DNA of 62,305 nucleotides, filler included, from Stramenopiles sp. TOSAG23-2 (lineage: Eukaryota), in NCBI GenBank assembly GCA_900128395.1. It is 4 parts of 4 records of this genome, joined end to end, with 100 filler letters (N's around TTAATTAATTAA, not from the genome) between each part and the next. Parts side by side here need not be neighbours in the genome. Positions count along the whole stretch, not along the records: positions 1 to 15,582 come from LT649704.1; 3 more parts are not named here. One strand, written 5' to 3'. The notes beneath the pieces were generated by a model, which did not search any database, was not told the DNA's origin, and saw only the letters and a list, made by a program, of their open reading frames with translations. This document shows positions 1 to 10,709 of the stretch, piece by piece. Numbering within the stretch: position 1 is the first letter of the stretch; each line of letters opens with the position of its first letter. Position numbers and translations under genes: made by a program.

Positions 1-389
1 CGTGGGGAAGCAAACGTGGAAATATCCGGATATCGATCATCAAGGTAAATGTTCATGATGGAGTCCATGAGGTGTCGTTGCAATATGGATTGCACACGTT
101 TGCGAGGAGCCAGCGGTTTAAATTGATCGTTACCATCTTCATCAACACCGTCTGGGATGGTATCAATTTTCCAAAAAGGTGCAGATGAGGAACCATCATC
201 ATCAGGGCGTCCTAATAGCCAGATCAAACATTCTCCAGATGAGAGGTGCTGATCATAAGAAGCTTTTGCAGTATCAATCAGAATATGACAAGCACTAGAA
301 GGTATCTTTTCATATGCAGTTGACTTTTTAAAAGTGCTATGTGCAAAATTCAGAGCGTCGTCACGTTTATGTTTTGGTAAACTGTCAAA
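1..389 (-). other. Open reading frame fragment (~130 codons, no in-frame ATG at its 5' end) running off the contig edge; unknown protein or mobile-element fragment
   Basis: Hand translation of the minus strand gives an uninterrupted frame FDSLPKHKRDDALNFAHSTF...DDRYPDISTFASP. GC content is higher than the flanking AT tract. An in-frame TAA lies just upstream. Confidence 0.35.
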
Positions 390-513
390 TATATATAATA
401 CGAACGTATGTTATAATATATATATAAAATTTTTCTCTTACTCATATTCGTATATATATCATATCATATGCATATATAGAAATGATTTTTGATTTTCGCA
501 ATGGTTTTCGTTT

Positions 514-1994
514 CTAAGAATATGGATTTCCATGCTCTGGCGCATGTTCCCATTCATAATCCAAGTGAACAAATGCCCTTTCAACATCTTCCATACTTTC
601 AATTTTAATTTCCAATGATTCACCAATATCATGTGCAACTCGCAATGACATTTCCTCTGGTAAAACAATGTGGCATTCCACTAAAAATCGTAATCCAAAA
701 TGATATGCACGTACGGTATCAATTTTAACAATGTCTTTACTATGATTATATGCACAATAAGTTACTTTTGATAAAAATTGTGGATCAGCTGATAAACCAA
801 TTCTATGTAGAACGAGACAAAAAATTATCGATACATACATGAAAATAAATATTGTGTGTTTTGTTTGGTTATAAAAAAATGAATAGTTTTATATATAAAT
901 TGAACGAATGTGTTAGTTATACTAATGCTACATCAATATTTGTATGCTACGTGTGTGTGTATCCATATATAATATATATATATATATTATACTTACAATT
1001 TTCTGATTTGATCTCGTGCTGTTTCATACCAACTAAAAATAATATAAATACATATTATTATAGCAAACATTGCATCGATAAAGAATAAATTAGGATTTGT
1101 ATACGTGATCCAAACTGCTAATACAACCCCAATATTGGATATAACATCATTGCGATGATCATCTGCATAAGCTTCGACTGATATGGAATTCGTTTTTGCC
1201 TGTACACTTCTACAAAAAATCGTAAGTGCTATTTTAAGTACAATGTTTCCTATTAAACTTACGAGAGCAAACGTATCAATTTTAATGGGCGACGTATTAC
1301 GATTTTCATTACTACTGCTATACATAACCAATTTAATAATAACTTCCTGCAATAAACCTAACATACTAACACCCATAACAGAAGCAAATATGATTATACC
1401 AACTGGTTCAAGCTTTTCCTTTCCAGTTGGATATTTATAAAATTCCTTTTTATTTTTTATTTTATTTGTAAAATACAATATAGCACCAGAAGCAATATCT
1501 AGACCACTATCAAGCGTAGAAGCCAATATAGACATAGAACCACTTGTAACGGATATGATAAGTTTCAAGATAAATAAAAGAACATTTATAGTAAACGAAG
1601 TATTTACTGCTATCGTGATCAATTTATTATAACCAGCATTTTTTTTAATATCGTTTTTCTGCTCATCATTATCGTTATTATTATTATCGTCTTCTTTTTT
1701 CAACTCAAAGTCTTGATTGTTATTGGTTCCATTGCTCTTTTGATCCTCCATCTTATCATCAATATCTATATATGTATCCAACAGATTCCTTTGCGATAAT
1801 ATATAGTCTTCCACTTTCTTTTTCTTTTTCTTTTCAGAAGAGTTTCGAGGAGACTTATCAAATTTCAATAATAAATCTTTGGCATTTAAACGCCACTCTT
1901 GTTTGTTCCCACCTTCATCAGTTTTATATATCAACATTTTTTCTGCACCTTCTACAATAGTCTTCTGCTGTTTTCCTGTCTCTATTTCATCCAT
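514..1994 (-). CDS. Cation diffusion facilitator, Mn-type (metal tolerance protein MTP8-11-like); two exons 1994-997 and 802-514, 428 aa
   Basis: Motifs: TM2 ASTLDSGLD (DxxxD, Mn-CDF type), YPTGKEKLEPVG, TM5 DDHRND, C-terminal IDTVRAYHFG...AHDIGESL...VERAFVHLDYE. Intron 996-803 (GTAAGT...CATAG, 194 nt) joins the two ORFs in frame (QIRKL/IGLSADP); spliced length 1287 nt. Confidence 0.92.
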
Positions 1995-2540
1995 GGTGGT
2001 GATAATGATACTAATGTTGTTAACGATACTGATGTCAATATCTATGACATATATATATATATATTGACATATAATGATCTATCTATATCTATATTTTTTG
2101 TTTCTATCTACTATTCTAGAACTAGATATCACACTTTTCAATGCCAGAATTTAAATTGCAACCTGGCAACGACGCACGTACATCAATCTAAATTCATCAT
2201 TGTTGAAATCAACACTCCAGCAGCACTCTCTTACTGGCTTACTGGCTTACCACTACTGTGGTTCTAGCAGCCACCACGCCACCACACGAAACACCACACA
2301 ACAGTAAAGTAGCTTTAGCTCTTGTATACATAATAAAATGCAACTCCCAGAACTCAAGGCAAACCTTAATGAAATACTCGAAACTTAATTAAGGAAAAAC
2401 TATATTTTTTGTTTTAGTTTGTACCACATGTTCTAGTTTAATGTGAGTTTCATTTTCAACTCAAAGTAAGTATACCTTAGTGTACATGTAGTATGCATGA
2501 GTATCGATAAATTAATATTAAAACTACGTACTTTGAAACT

Positions 2541-2894
2541 ACTAGATGTGGACTTGGCACCTATGAAAATTTAGTATTCTTATTTGCACTTAAATAGACT
2601 ATTTGAATTTTTTTTTGCGGATAAATTGGTTTTTGTATTTGATATAAAACCCAAAATGGGAGAATCTGCATTTTATATCCATTTAGTATACAAATAATAT
2701 ATACTTAAAAGTACAAAATTTTATATTTTTGGCGAGTGCCATGAATACTTTGTCCACATTTTGCATTTTGATAGGAAGCATATGCTTGTTAGTATATGAT
2801 CATGAATACTTTTACCACATTTGTTTCGAGAGGGTACCAAAATCGTACTTGATAGAATAGATGAAGTTTGATAGGTGCCAAGTTTACACCGAGT
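2541..2894. mobile_element. Degenerate MITE-like element with imperfect 28-bp terminal inverted repeats
   Basis: ACTAGATGTGGACTTGGCACCTATGAAA (2541-2568) matches the reverse complement of 2867-2894 at 23/28 positions. Internal direct repeat CATGAATACTTT..CCACATTTT at ~2740 and ~2801. Confidence 0.45.
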
Positions 2895-2967
2895 CTTCGC
2901 TTGCGCTCAGAATTCCTGATTATTATGGGCTGTAGCAGGCGAAGATGAGGGGATCGAGTACTTTGAA

Positions 2968-3221
2968 ACGTACGCAGTGCTACCCTCTAAACCGTGAGAA
3001 AACTGTGCAAACCGTGAGAAAACTGTGCACTTAACAAATAACACTATTCACTATGGGAAATATGTATATATAGTTTTCTAAAATGCCAATTTTATTTTTC
3101 ATATATTTGTAAAAAATATAAAATATCCGAAAATATAGAAAAAATGATGAATATTTCCCCCATAGTGAATAGTGTTAAGTGCACAGTTTTCTCACGGTTT
3201 AGAGGGTAGCACTGCGTACGT
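2968..3221. mobile_element. MITE / foldback element with ~70-bp terminal inverted repeats
   Basis: Left arm 2968-3063 (ACGTACGCAGTGCTACCCTCTAAACCGTGAGAAAACTGTGCA...CTATTCACTATGGGAAATAT) is the reverse complement of right arm 3151-3221, apart from a 20-bp tandem duplication (2990-3029) and small indels. The core is AT-rich and non-coding. Ends CAGTG...CACTG are flanked by CGTACG on both sides. Confidence 0.75.
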
Positions 3222-3527
3222 GCGTACGTAAAATCTGTTTCAACTCATACAAATTAGTATCCATATACCTACCTATATATACACTATAAATTATAAATTA
3301 CAGTAGTAGTATCCTGTGTATGTACAGATAGCACAAAATAATGTACATATGTACACATATGATCGATATCCTGTATCCTGATAGATATATCCTTATATAT
3401 ATAATATGAGTACAAGTATATATATATATATATATATATATACTCAATTAATTTCATTAATACGAAATCATCATGTACAACAAATTTATTACAACACAGT
3501 TTAGAGAGAAAACCGAACAATAGTAGC

Positions 3528-3806
3528 ATGGGTAAAGCAAAATTACCAAGATTAGTCAAACTAAATCCTGGTATGAATACGATGTCATTAAGTTTTAAAC
3601 CTTCCGTTAATGCTACTTCTAACGAACTTCGTAGAAATGATAGTGGTAGTACGCTGGCAAGCTTATCTAGTATAGGTGATCGCCAAAGCGATGACATGAT
3701 CAATTTAAATACATCTGATGATGATGGTTACGGAGAGTCAGAGTCATCTTCCATAAGTAATAGTTCAAGTAAAAAAAGCAGTAGTACTAGTACCATAACA
3801 AATTAA
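3528..3806 (+). CDS. Small Ser-rich hypothetical protein (92 aa), possibly a truncated gene relic
   Basis: ATG-initiated ORF with coding-like composition in an otherwise AT-rich region; no recognisable domain. Confidence 0.35.
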   Translation: MGKAKLPRLVKLNPGMNTMSLSFKPSVNATSNELRRNDSGSTLASLSSIGDRQSDDMINLNTSDDDGYGESESSSISNSSSKKSSSTSTITN

Positions 3807-4290
3807 AAGTTGGTTTGGAGATTAGCAATTATAACAATTGAAAGAAATCTGAGAGCCCAGGGAAAGAGTGTGACGGTGGAAAAGTTATTACTCGTACAAA
3901 TACATATACGAGGACGAGCCTCGTATACGTGATAATATTTTTAAAGAATCTCCTTATTTCAATTTATCTTAGCACGTTGCCTTCCCTGGTACGTATTAAT
4001 TAATACGGATATTATAGCTAAGCTGTGTACTGTCAGGCCCAATATACTTGGTGTCATACTGTGCACCTTACTAAAATGTAATAATTTACCATTAAAAATA
4101 GTAATAACAAAGGTAATAACGACCTTCTATACCTTAACCTTTTATGTACTGTAAGTTAATGCTCTAGCTGGCTAGCTAACCAGCTAGAGCTAGATCTAGC
4201 TGGCTGAGGCTGGAAAAGTAGAATCGTATTTTAGGTATTATTTGTCTACTAATTAGTATATTAACAAGTATAAAATTATACTATCAAAAA

Positions 4291-4332
4291 GCATCTGTCC
4301 GGACAGATGCCGGACAGATGCCGGACAGATGC
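4291..4332. repeat. 20-bp perfect palindrome with triplicated right arm
   Basis: GCATCTGTCCGGACAGATGC (4291-4310). The 11-mer CCGGACAGATG occurs at 4299, 4310 and 4321. Confidence 0.9.
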
Positions 4333-4340
4333 TCTTTTTT

Positions 4341-4446
4341 CAATACTGTGTAGTGTTAAAACCATTATGTTAAATTAGTATTCTAATTTAACTATATAAA
4401 AGTGTAGTTAAATATGTGATCATGGTTTTAACACTACACAGTATTG
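4341..4446. mobile_element. 106-bp miniature inverted-repeat element (perfect 25-bp inverted repeat)
   Basis: CAATACTGTGTAGTGTTAAAACCAT (4341-4365) is the exact reverse complement of 4422-4446. Inner 10-bp hairpin at 4369-4392. TA-CTGTG...CACAG-TA is compatible with a TA target-site duplication. Confidence 0.65.
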
Positions 4447-4922
4447 CTTCTAGCGCTACTGTATGTAGCCTACTGTACCAGATTAGCTAATTCTAGAGTA
4501 ATATAATACATCAGTAGAAGAATACTCTATTACTATGCCAGGCATTCCAGGCATTCCTGGCATTCTTCTGGCATTTACTATCCAGCTATCCAGCCTGGCC
4601 AGCTATCCATGTTGCCCAAATAAATTATTATTATATTGTGCTATTATTTACTATTATTATTATTATTAATTATTGAATTTATTATATAGATCTATTAAAA
4701 ATAAAAATAAATGTGTAATAATTAGGCCGGCCTAGTTATATATAGTGGAGATGGAGAGAGTAAAAACTGTTAAATTAGACAACAAATTGAACAACATTGC
4801 AGCTTACATAGGAATATTAAACAAAATCCGCGTCATATTAATTGTTATTGATCCATCAATTTTAGATTGTGCTTTTGTTTTGGCCACACACACACACACA
4901 TACATACAGTATATAATATACA

Positions 4923-5984
4923 ATGTCATCTAATACTGCTGCGGAAGAGTTTGCAACGTTGGTGGAAGAGTTAGATTTGGACGTTGATATGGACGAGGAT
5001 GAGATCGAGGAGTTAGATATGAGCGATAAATCGTTAAAAACGTTGCCTATCTGTGTATGCTCATTAAAAGATTTAACTGGGCTTTATTTAGAGAACAATA
5101 ATTTAACAAATTTGCCACATGAAATTGGGATGTTAGAGAATTTAACAGAATTATATTTAAGGCGAAATCAAATAACAAATCTTCCCGAGTCAATTGGCAA
5201 ATTAACGCAGCTTGACTCTTTGTATCTTGAAGATAATTTATTAACGGAATTGCCAGAAACAATAGCGGCATGCCGAAACTTGAAAGGAATTACCTTACAC
5301 AGGAATAAACTCGAAATTTTCCCAGATCCACTGTGGAGATTGACACAGTTGGAGGAATTATATTTGGACGGAAATAAAATATCGAATATTCCAGAAGAAA
5401 TTGGGTATTTGAAAGATATTAAAGAACTTGGTTTGATCGGTATAGGTTTAGTAGAAATTCCACGAACAATAGGTCATCTGACAAAATTGACAATATTACA
5501 CGTGGAAGAAAATAATTTAAGCGCCTTGCCAAAAACAATGGGGCGTTTAGCTAGCCTTAAACAGGTTTATTTACAAAACAATAAGTTAGAAAAATTAAGT
5601 GGTGGTTTAGGGAAATGCATGAAATTGGAAACAATTAATTGCGAAGACAATCAAATTACTGGTATATCGAAAAAAATTGCTGATCTAGAGAATTTGAAAT
5701 ATTTATTATTAGCAAATAATAATTTGAAAGATTTAAGTGGATTGCAAGAGAAACTCGCAAGTCGTGGTTTACGTCGCATGACATTGCGAGGAAATCAATT
5801 AGATGCTAGTTTAATGAAACTTGATACGGATGTACAAGACGAAATGAAAAAAAATGGTGGTAGTAAATCGAATGAAACAGGTGGAGTCGTAGAAAGTAAA
5901 ATGGGTGGTGGCTTTGCACAAAAAATGAATGATGGTTTGATGGGTGGTATTCAAGAAGGTGATGAGGAAGATGAAGAGGATTAG
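4923..5984 (+). CDS. Leucine-rich repeat protein (SHOC2/LRRC-like, 353 aa)
   Basis: About 11 tandem 23-aa repeats of the form LxxLxLxxNxLxxLPxxIGxL, with acidic termini. Confidence 0.92.
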   Translation: MSSNTAAEEFATLVEELDLDVDMDEDEIEELDMSDKSLKTLPICVCSLKDLTGLYLENNNLTNLPHEIGMLENLTELYLRRNQITNLPESIGKLTQLDSLYLEDNLLTELPETIAACRNLKGITLHRNKLEIFPDPLWRLTQLEELYLDGNKISNIPEEIGYLKDIKELGLIGIGLVEIPRTIGHLTKLTILHVEENNLSALPKTMGRLASLKQVYLQNNKLEKLSGGLGKCMKLETINCEDNQITGISKKIADLENLKYLLLANNNLKDLSGLQEKLASRGLRRMTLRGNQLDASLMKLDTDVQDEMKKNGGSKSNETGGVVESKMGGGFAQKMNDGLMGGIQEGDEEDEED

Positions 5985-6331
5985 TTGAAAAGAGAGCTCT
6001 TCTCGTATTCGGAAATTTTTTTTTACGAGTACTAGCAACTGTCTATAATTTTTTAGAAAAAATTTTTAAATTAATTATACGTACATCGTACGAGAATATA
6101 ACGAGAATATATATTATATTTTTTTTATTTTTCTACGAATCGTACTCATTGAGACAATATTCCGAACTACTCTCCTTGGGAATACTATATTTTATTTATA
6201 TACGAAGTATTCATTAAAATATATTCGTATATAATATATACATAGTGCTAATAATACTCGTAATAGTTATTCGTATATAAAAAAATACGAACCGTATTTT
6301 TTACGCTTATTTAGTGTGCTTTACCAGTGGT

Positions 6332-7579
6332 TTACGTCAATTTAAATACTCTGAATCTATGATTGATACCTTTTAATGTGTGTAATTGCACTTTTGAAGT
6401 ATTGTTGCTAACAACACCATATTTTTCATCATCATTGAAATAAAAAACACGACCAACACGACTATGCAACATTGCCATAGCAGTAAATGTATTTGGTTCA
6501 TTTGTCATATAAACGTCATACCCTGTACATAAATATGATGATAATGTTGTAAATTGTTTGGTACATTTTGCCTTTTTTGTTCTCGATGAATTGTTACTAT
6601 TATTGTTCTCAATGTTCTTACTCCATTTACGTTTTTTCTTTTTTTCGGTATTACCATTTACAGAAGTATCATGATTCTTATTATTATTCCCTTCTTCTTG
6701 CTGAGTAACATTTTGTTCAAAATAACGATCCCTTAAGTCTTTGGAAGTTGTATCTCGAAAGGATATTTGACGTATACAACGCATAACTGGATTGTCCAAT
6801 GGATGATTTACATATTTATATGCAGAAGGTTTATTATTATAAAATGATTGACTAACGATTGCATTCATATCCGGATCAACAAATATTACACCTTGTTTAT
6901 CCTCTGCATTATCATCGTTACTGTTAGGCGCAGCCTGTGCTATTGCTAATTGTTTTAATTTTATCGCATAATTCATGTAATTGGTTACACGATTTATAAA
7001 TGATTCCGACTTGATCTCAAGATCATTATCGTCAGGTCCTTGATGATATGACATTGGCCATATTTTTTTACCAATTTCAAATTCATTTTTATTTTGCGGC
7101 TTTTGTGTTGGTACATTGATTATATATACTGTCGAGGCATTGATTTCTTTTAATGTCTTTTTCACATTTATTGGTACTTCCATTTCTCTTCTTTTATCCG
7201 TCTTGTTCTTGTCCTTTGACTGGAACTGCTTAGTGTTGTTATCATCTTCGTCATCAATATAGTCATTTTCATCAATAAATTTTTTACATAATAATACTTC
7301 TAAAATTTTATTATCACCACCGTCAATTTTGGGTTTAAATATATTCGTATCTAGTCGTCTTATACGTTTAATATGGCTCATGCTACTGGGAAACACTAAT
7401 GCTTTTCTCAACTCTTTTAATAATTGCTTTAGCTTTGGTGCTATAACTTGTATACAAAGCATTGGCGCTTTATATTTCACTGGGTTAAAAGGTATCGGTG
7501 GTAACTTTTGCTCTACAATTACATATTGTTTATGTTTTCTTGTTTTAAATGCATTATTGTTATTTACTGTTGCTTGCAT
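6332..7579 (-). CDS. ADAT3: tRNA-specific adenosine-34 deaminase non-catalytic subunit (ADAT3/Tad3-like), 415 aa from first ATG
   Basis: Motifs HIKRIRR, VP...P...WPMSYH, HPLDNPVM, YLCTGYDVYMTNEP....AMAMLHSRVGRVFY and INHRFRVF are the Tad3 signature set. The ORF-track start at 7633 is TTG; the first ATG is at 7579. Confidence 0.88.
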   Translation of the reverse strand: MQATVNNNNAFKTRKHKQYVIVEQKLPPIPFNPVKYKAPMLCIQVIAPKLKQLLKELRKALVFPSSMSHIKRIRRLDTNIFKPKIDGGDNKILEVLLCKKFIDENDYIDDEDDNNTKQFQSKDKNKTDKRREMEVPINVKKTLKEINASTVYIINVPTQKPQNKNEFEIGKKIWPMSYHQGPDDNDLEIKSESFINRVTNYMNYAIKLKQLAIAQAAPNSNDDNAEDKQGVIFVDPDMNAIVSQSFYNNKPSAYKYVNHPLDNPVMRCIRQISFRDTTSKDLRDRYFEQNVTQQEEGNNNKNHDTSVNGNTEKKKKRKWSKNIENNNSNNSSRTKKAKCTKQFTTLSSYLCTGYDVYMTNEPNTFTAMAMLHSRVGRVFYFNDDEKYGVVSNNTSKVQLHTLKGINHRFRVFKLT

Positions 7580-8197
7580 GATATTATATTTCTTTGAGTT
7601 ATATGTTGTTATTCGAAGAATGATTCCATACAAAATGTCTACTTAACGAGTGTAGATATTGATATAGACAAATAATAATTAAAAACGGCACCCTTTCTAT
7701 TTTTTCTGTAATTTTATTCTTCATATAGCTACAAACAGACAATGCTGGAATGCTTACATGGCCATACTAATTACAGTATGATATATATATAACTGATGTA
7801 TGTACGGTATGTTTATATTTTATTATTTAAAAAAATACAGATCTTCTAACGTGCTATCCTGCCTGGGTTTTCATCATTATTATATGGGAACCCTTAACAA
7901 AGAATTTATTGCGAAAATGTAGTTTTACATCATATTTTGGCCATTATCTGTTGTTGATGTAATTTGGACCTGTTACCTTAACCTGTTAATGTGCTAATTG
8001 CTAAATAGCACAATACTGTAATCTGTAATAATAATGTGCTAAAATTGCTACTGTACATCGAGGATATACTTTAACTGCATATGAATTATTCAACTGTATA
8101 TATGAATTATTTTAGTCTCAACAACTGAGGAATGGAATGCACTACCAACACAACATCACACGCAGAGAATACTATGATTAGGTAAACGAGAGATAAA

Positions 8198-10174
8198 ATG
8201 ACATCAATAGCAACTACAAACAGCAACAAGGATGATGAAGATAGTCACGAGAGAATAAAAACGTTTTCCATGGCATCATTGCAATTACCAAGTTATAATA
8301 CAAATATAACAATTAGTAAATCACTACGAAAAGTAAGAAAAGAACGAGAACAAAATAGATTATTTAGAATTAAATCCATTCAATATGATTACATTTTTGT
8401 GAAACAAGTGTTGCATGATTTAAACATTTTAATAACTTCGGATAGCGCTGTCAAAATAATAAACGACAAATATAAAACAGAAAAAAGTAACAGAAAAAAT
8501 AACAACCACAAAATAGAGAACAATAGCAAGATAAAAATATATGCAAATCTTCGAAATGGGCTTTGGTATTACCCAAAATTTCATGGCACAGCATATTTTA
8601 AATCAACGGACGGACATTCGCATAAATGGAATTTTAGTTACAAACGGTTGAATATGAATGTCCTCAAGAGTGCTATATTAAATCACGGCATTGTGTTAAT
8701 AGATAGTACACGCCGTGGAAAATGCTATCCTGACTCGTTTTCCATGACCATACCTATATGGTGTTGTGTCTTAAATCGTGCAAAGATGAAATTATTAATA
8801 GATGATGATAATGATAATAAAAATGACAACAGTGATGATAATAATAATAATAATCGAAAACAAAATTATATTGATGGTAATATAAAAACGTTTGATATAA
8901 ATTTAAATACACCGCCATGGATATTGAAGGAGGAGAAATCATTTGTAGAAAAATTGATTGACAATTGGGTTGAGCATTTATTAATAGACTTTAAAATGAT
9001 AATAAAGCCAATACTTTCAAAATTATCAAAACCATTACGTGCTTTATGGATATCACCACAATCGAAATTGGAAACATTCATTTTTGATTTCAATTCATTG
9101 CCCTTTATCCCAATTATTTGTATTTCTGCATCAAGTACAATTGGCGATGAAACATTTCGTATTAAAAATAGCTTTCCATATATACAAGGAGCCGGTGATG
9201 ATGAAGAAAACTGGGCAAATGGTTTAACACCATCCATGTTTTGGAAATATAACAAGGTATTGTTAAATTGCAGAAATTTAGATGAATTTGAACATGTATT
9301 TTTAACAAAAGTAAAAACTGCACATAATAATAATAGTCTTGGCCAACAGCAAATTGAAAATAATTTATTGACTAGCAAAAAGAAAAAGAATGCTGATGAT
9401 AAAATGAAAAATATCGAAGGTTACAAGTTACGTTGGATAAAAAATACTAGAATTTGTATTTTGTTTTTAAATCATATGGAAGATATTGATCTTCATGGTA
9501 ACTGTATATACAATATAAATGTAAATGTTGATACGCTGTTGAAAAAGAATCAAAGTAATCAAAAAGCCAATAATAATAATAATAATTACCGTGTAAATCT
9601 ATTTGTGTTCAATTCTTCTATTGTTGAATATAAAATTTCAACTTTTGCAAAAAATAATTTAGATAAAGAGGAACTCCATTTAAAACATATATTTGTGCCA
9701 ATTGATTGTAAGAAAAAAGGCCCTTCAGAAAAAATATTGTATATGGAAAATGGATTTTCAATATTTCTTAATTTCTTTTTATCGTTTTTTAATAATATCA
9801 ATAAGAATCACGAAGAAGGCGATGTAGATAATTACTTTATGCTTTTACCTGGGCATGATATTAGTTCAATTACGTTTGCCATTGCAGCACTCGGTATATT
9901 TTATGATGCAAATTTAAATTTAATTACTAATATAAATGCCATTCGAAGCGATAACCATCGAATAAGTAAGAAAATGTTTCAAAAAATATATGCATTACTT
10001 CAAATGGAATTAATGAGCCATGATGATGAAAAAGATAGCGTTGTTGATACTCGTCTATGTCTTTTTCAAAAATTACCAAGACGTCATATGAAATATTTAA
10101 ATGAATATTTTACCTCCACATACAATGGCCGGCGGTGGTACAATGATTTAAAGTTGCCATTTTTAAAACAATAA
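8198..10174 (+). CDS. RIT1: Initiator tRNA A64 2'-O-ribosylphosphate transferase (Rit1)
   Basis: Motifs ANLRNGLWY, AYFKSTDGH..KWNFS..RLN, IDSTRRGK.YPDSFS.TIPIWCCVLN and YIQGAGDDEENWA.GLTP..FW. Confidence 0.93.
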   Translation: MTSIATTNSNKDDEDSHERIKTFSMASLQLPSYNTNITISKSLRKVRKEREQNRLFRIKSIQYDYIFVKQVLHDLNILITSDSAVKIINDKYKTEKSNRKNNNHKIENNSKIKIYANLRNGLWYYPKFHGTAYFKSTDGHSHKWNFSYKRLNMNVLKSAILNHGIVLIDSTRRGKCYPDSFSMTIPIWCCVLNRAKMKLLIDDDNDNKNDNSDDNNNNNRKQNYIDGNIKTFDINLNTPPWILKEEKSFVEKLIDNWVEHLLIDFKMIIKPILSKLSKPLRALWISPQSKLETFIFDFNSLPFIPIICISASSTIGDETFRIKNSFPYIQGAGDDEENWANGLTPSMFWKYNKVLLNCRNLDEFEHVFLTKVKTAHNNNSLGQQQIENNLLTSKKKKNADDKMKNIEGYKLRWIKNTRICILFLNHMEDIDLHGNCIYNINVNVDTLLKKNQSNQKANNNNNNYRVNLFVFNSSIVEYKISTFAKNNLDKEELHLKHIFVPIDCKKKGPSEKILYMENGFSIFLNFFLSFFNNINKNHEEGDVDNYFMLLPGHDISSITFAIAALGIFYDANLNLITNINAIRSDNHRISKKMFQKIYALLQMELMSHDDEKDSVVDTRLCLFQKLPRRHMKYLNEYFTSTYNGRRWYNDLKLPFLKQ

Positions 10175-10709
10175 TTTTATAATAAAATAATGGTAAACCA
10201 ATGAGTTTGCATAAATCAGTACAAGTAGTGCTGAAAACGGGTTGATCAAAATAAATTTTTACAAATTTTCATATATAGAATATATATTTTTAGTCTAAGT
10301 AGTCAGTGTCGTCGTCAGGATTCATCATTTTTTGTTCAATAATAAAATAATAATCTATGATATAGAATCCTATACATAATAGTATACTGGTAAATAATAC
10401 CTACATATTGTTACTGTGACCTGTTGTGATATACTAAAAAAAATTAGTGCACTTCTTCTTTTCATCAAATTCAATTTTCAATCCTGGCAATGTTATAATT
10501 CTAATAACTATAATAATTTGTACTAAGGAAAATAAAATTTGAATTATAAATAGAAAATTCCCTGAGCTGGTGAGGATTAAATTGATCATAAAAGATAATC
10601 AATTACATTAAGAAAGTAATAATACGGATAGCAACAAGCAATACCGGGATAGCCACCACCTTTTTCTCCTTATCATAGTCAACAATATCATCCTCAAACC
10701 TAAATTGTT

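Noticed and set aside
3807-3932. Possible stop-codon readthrough after the 3528-3806 ORF
   Set aside because: The downstream frame is only ~40 codons with no recognisable motif, and TAA is used as a normal stop in many genes here.
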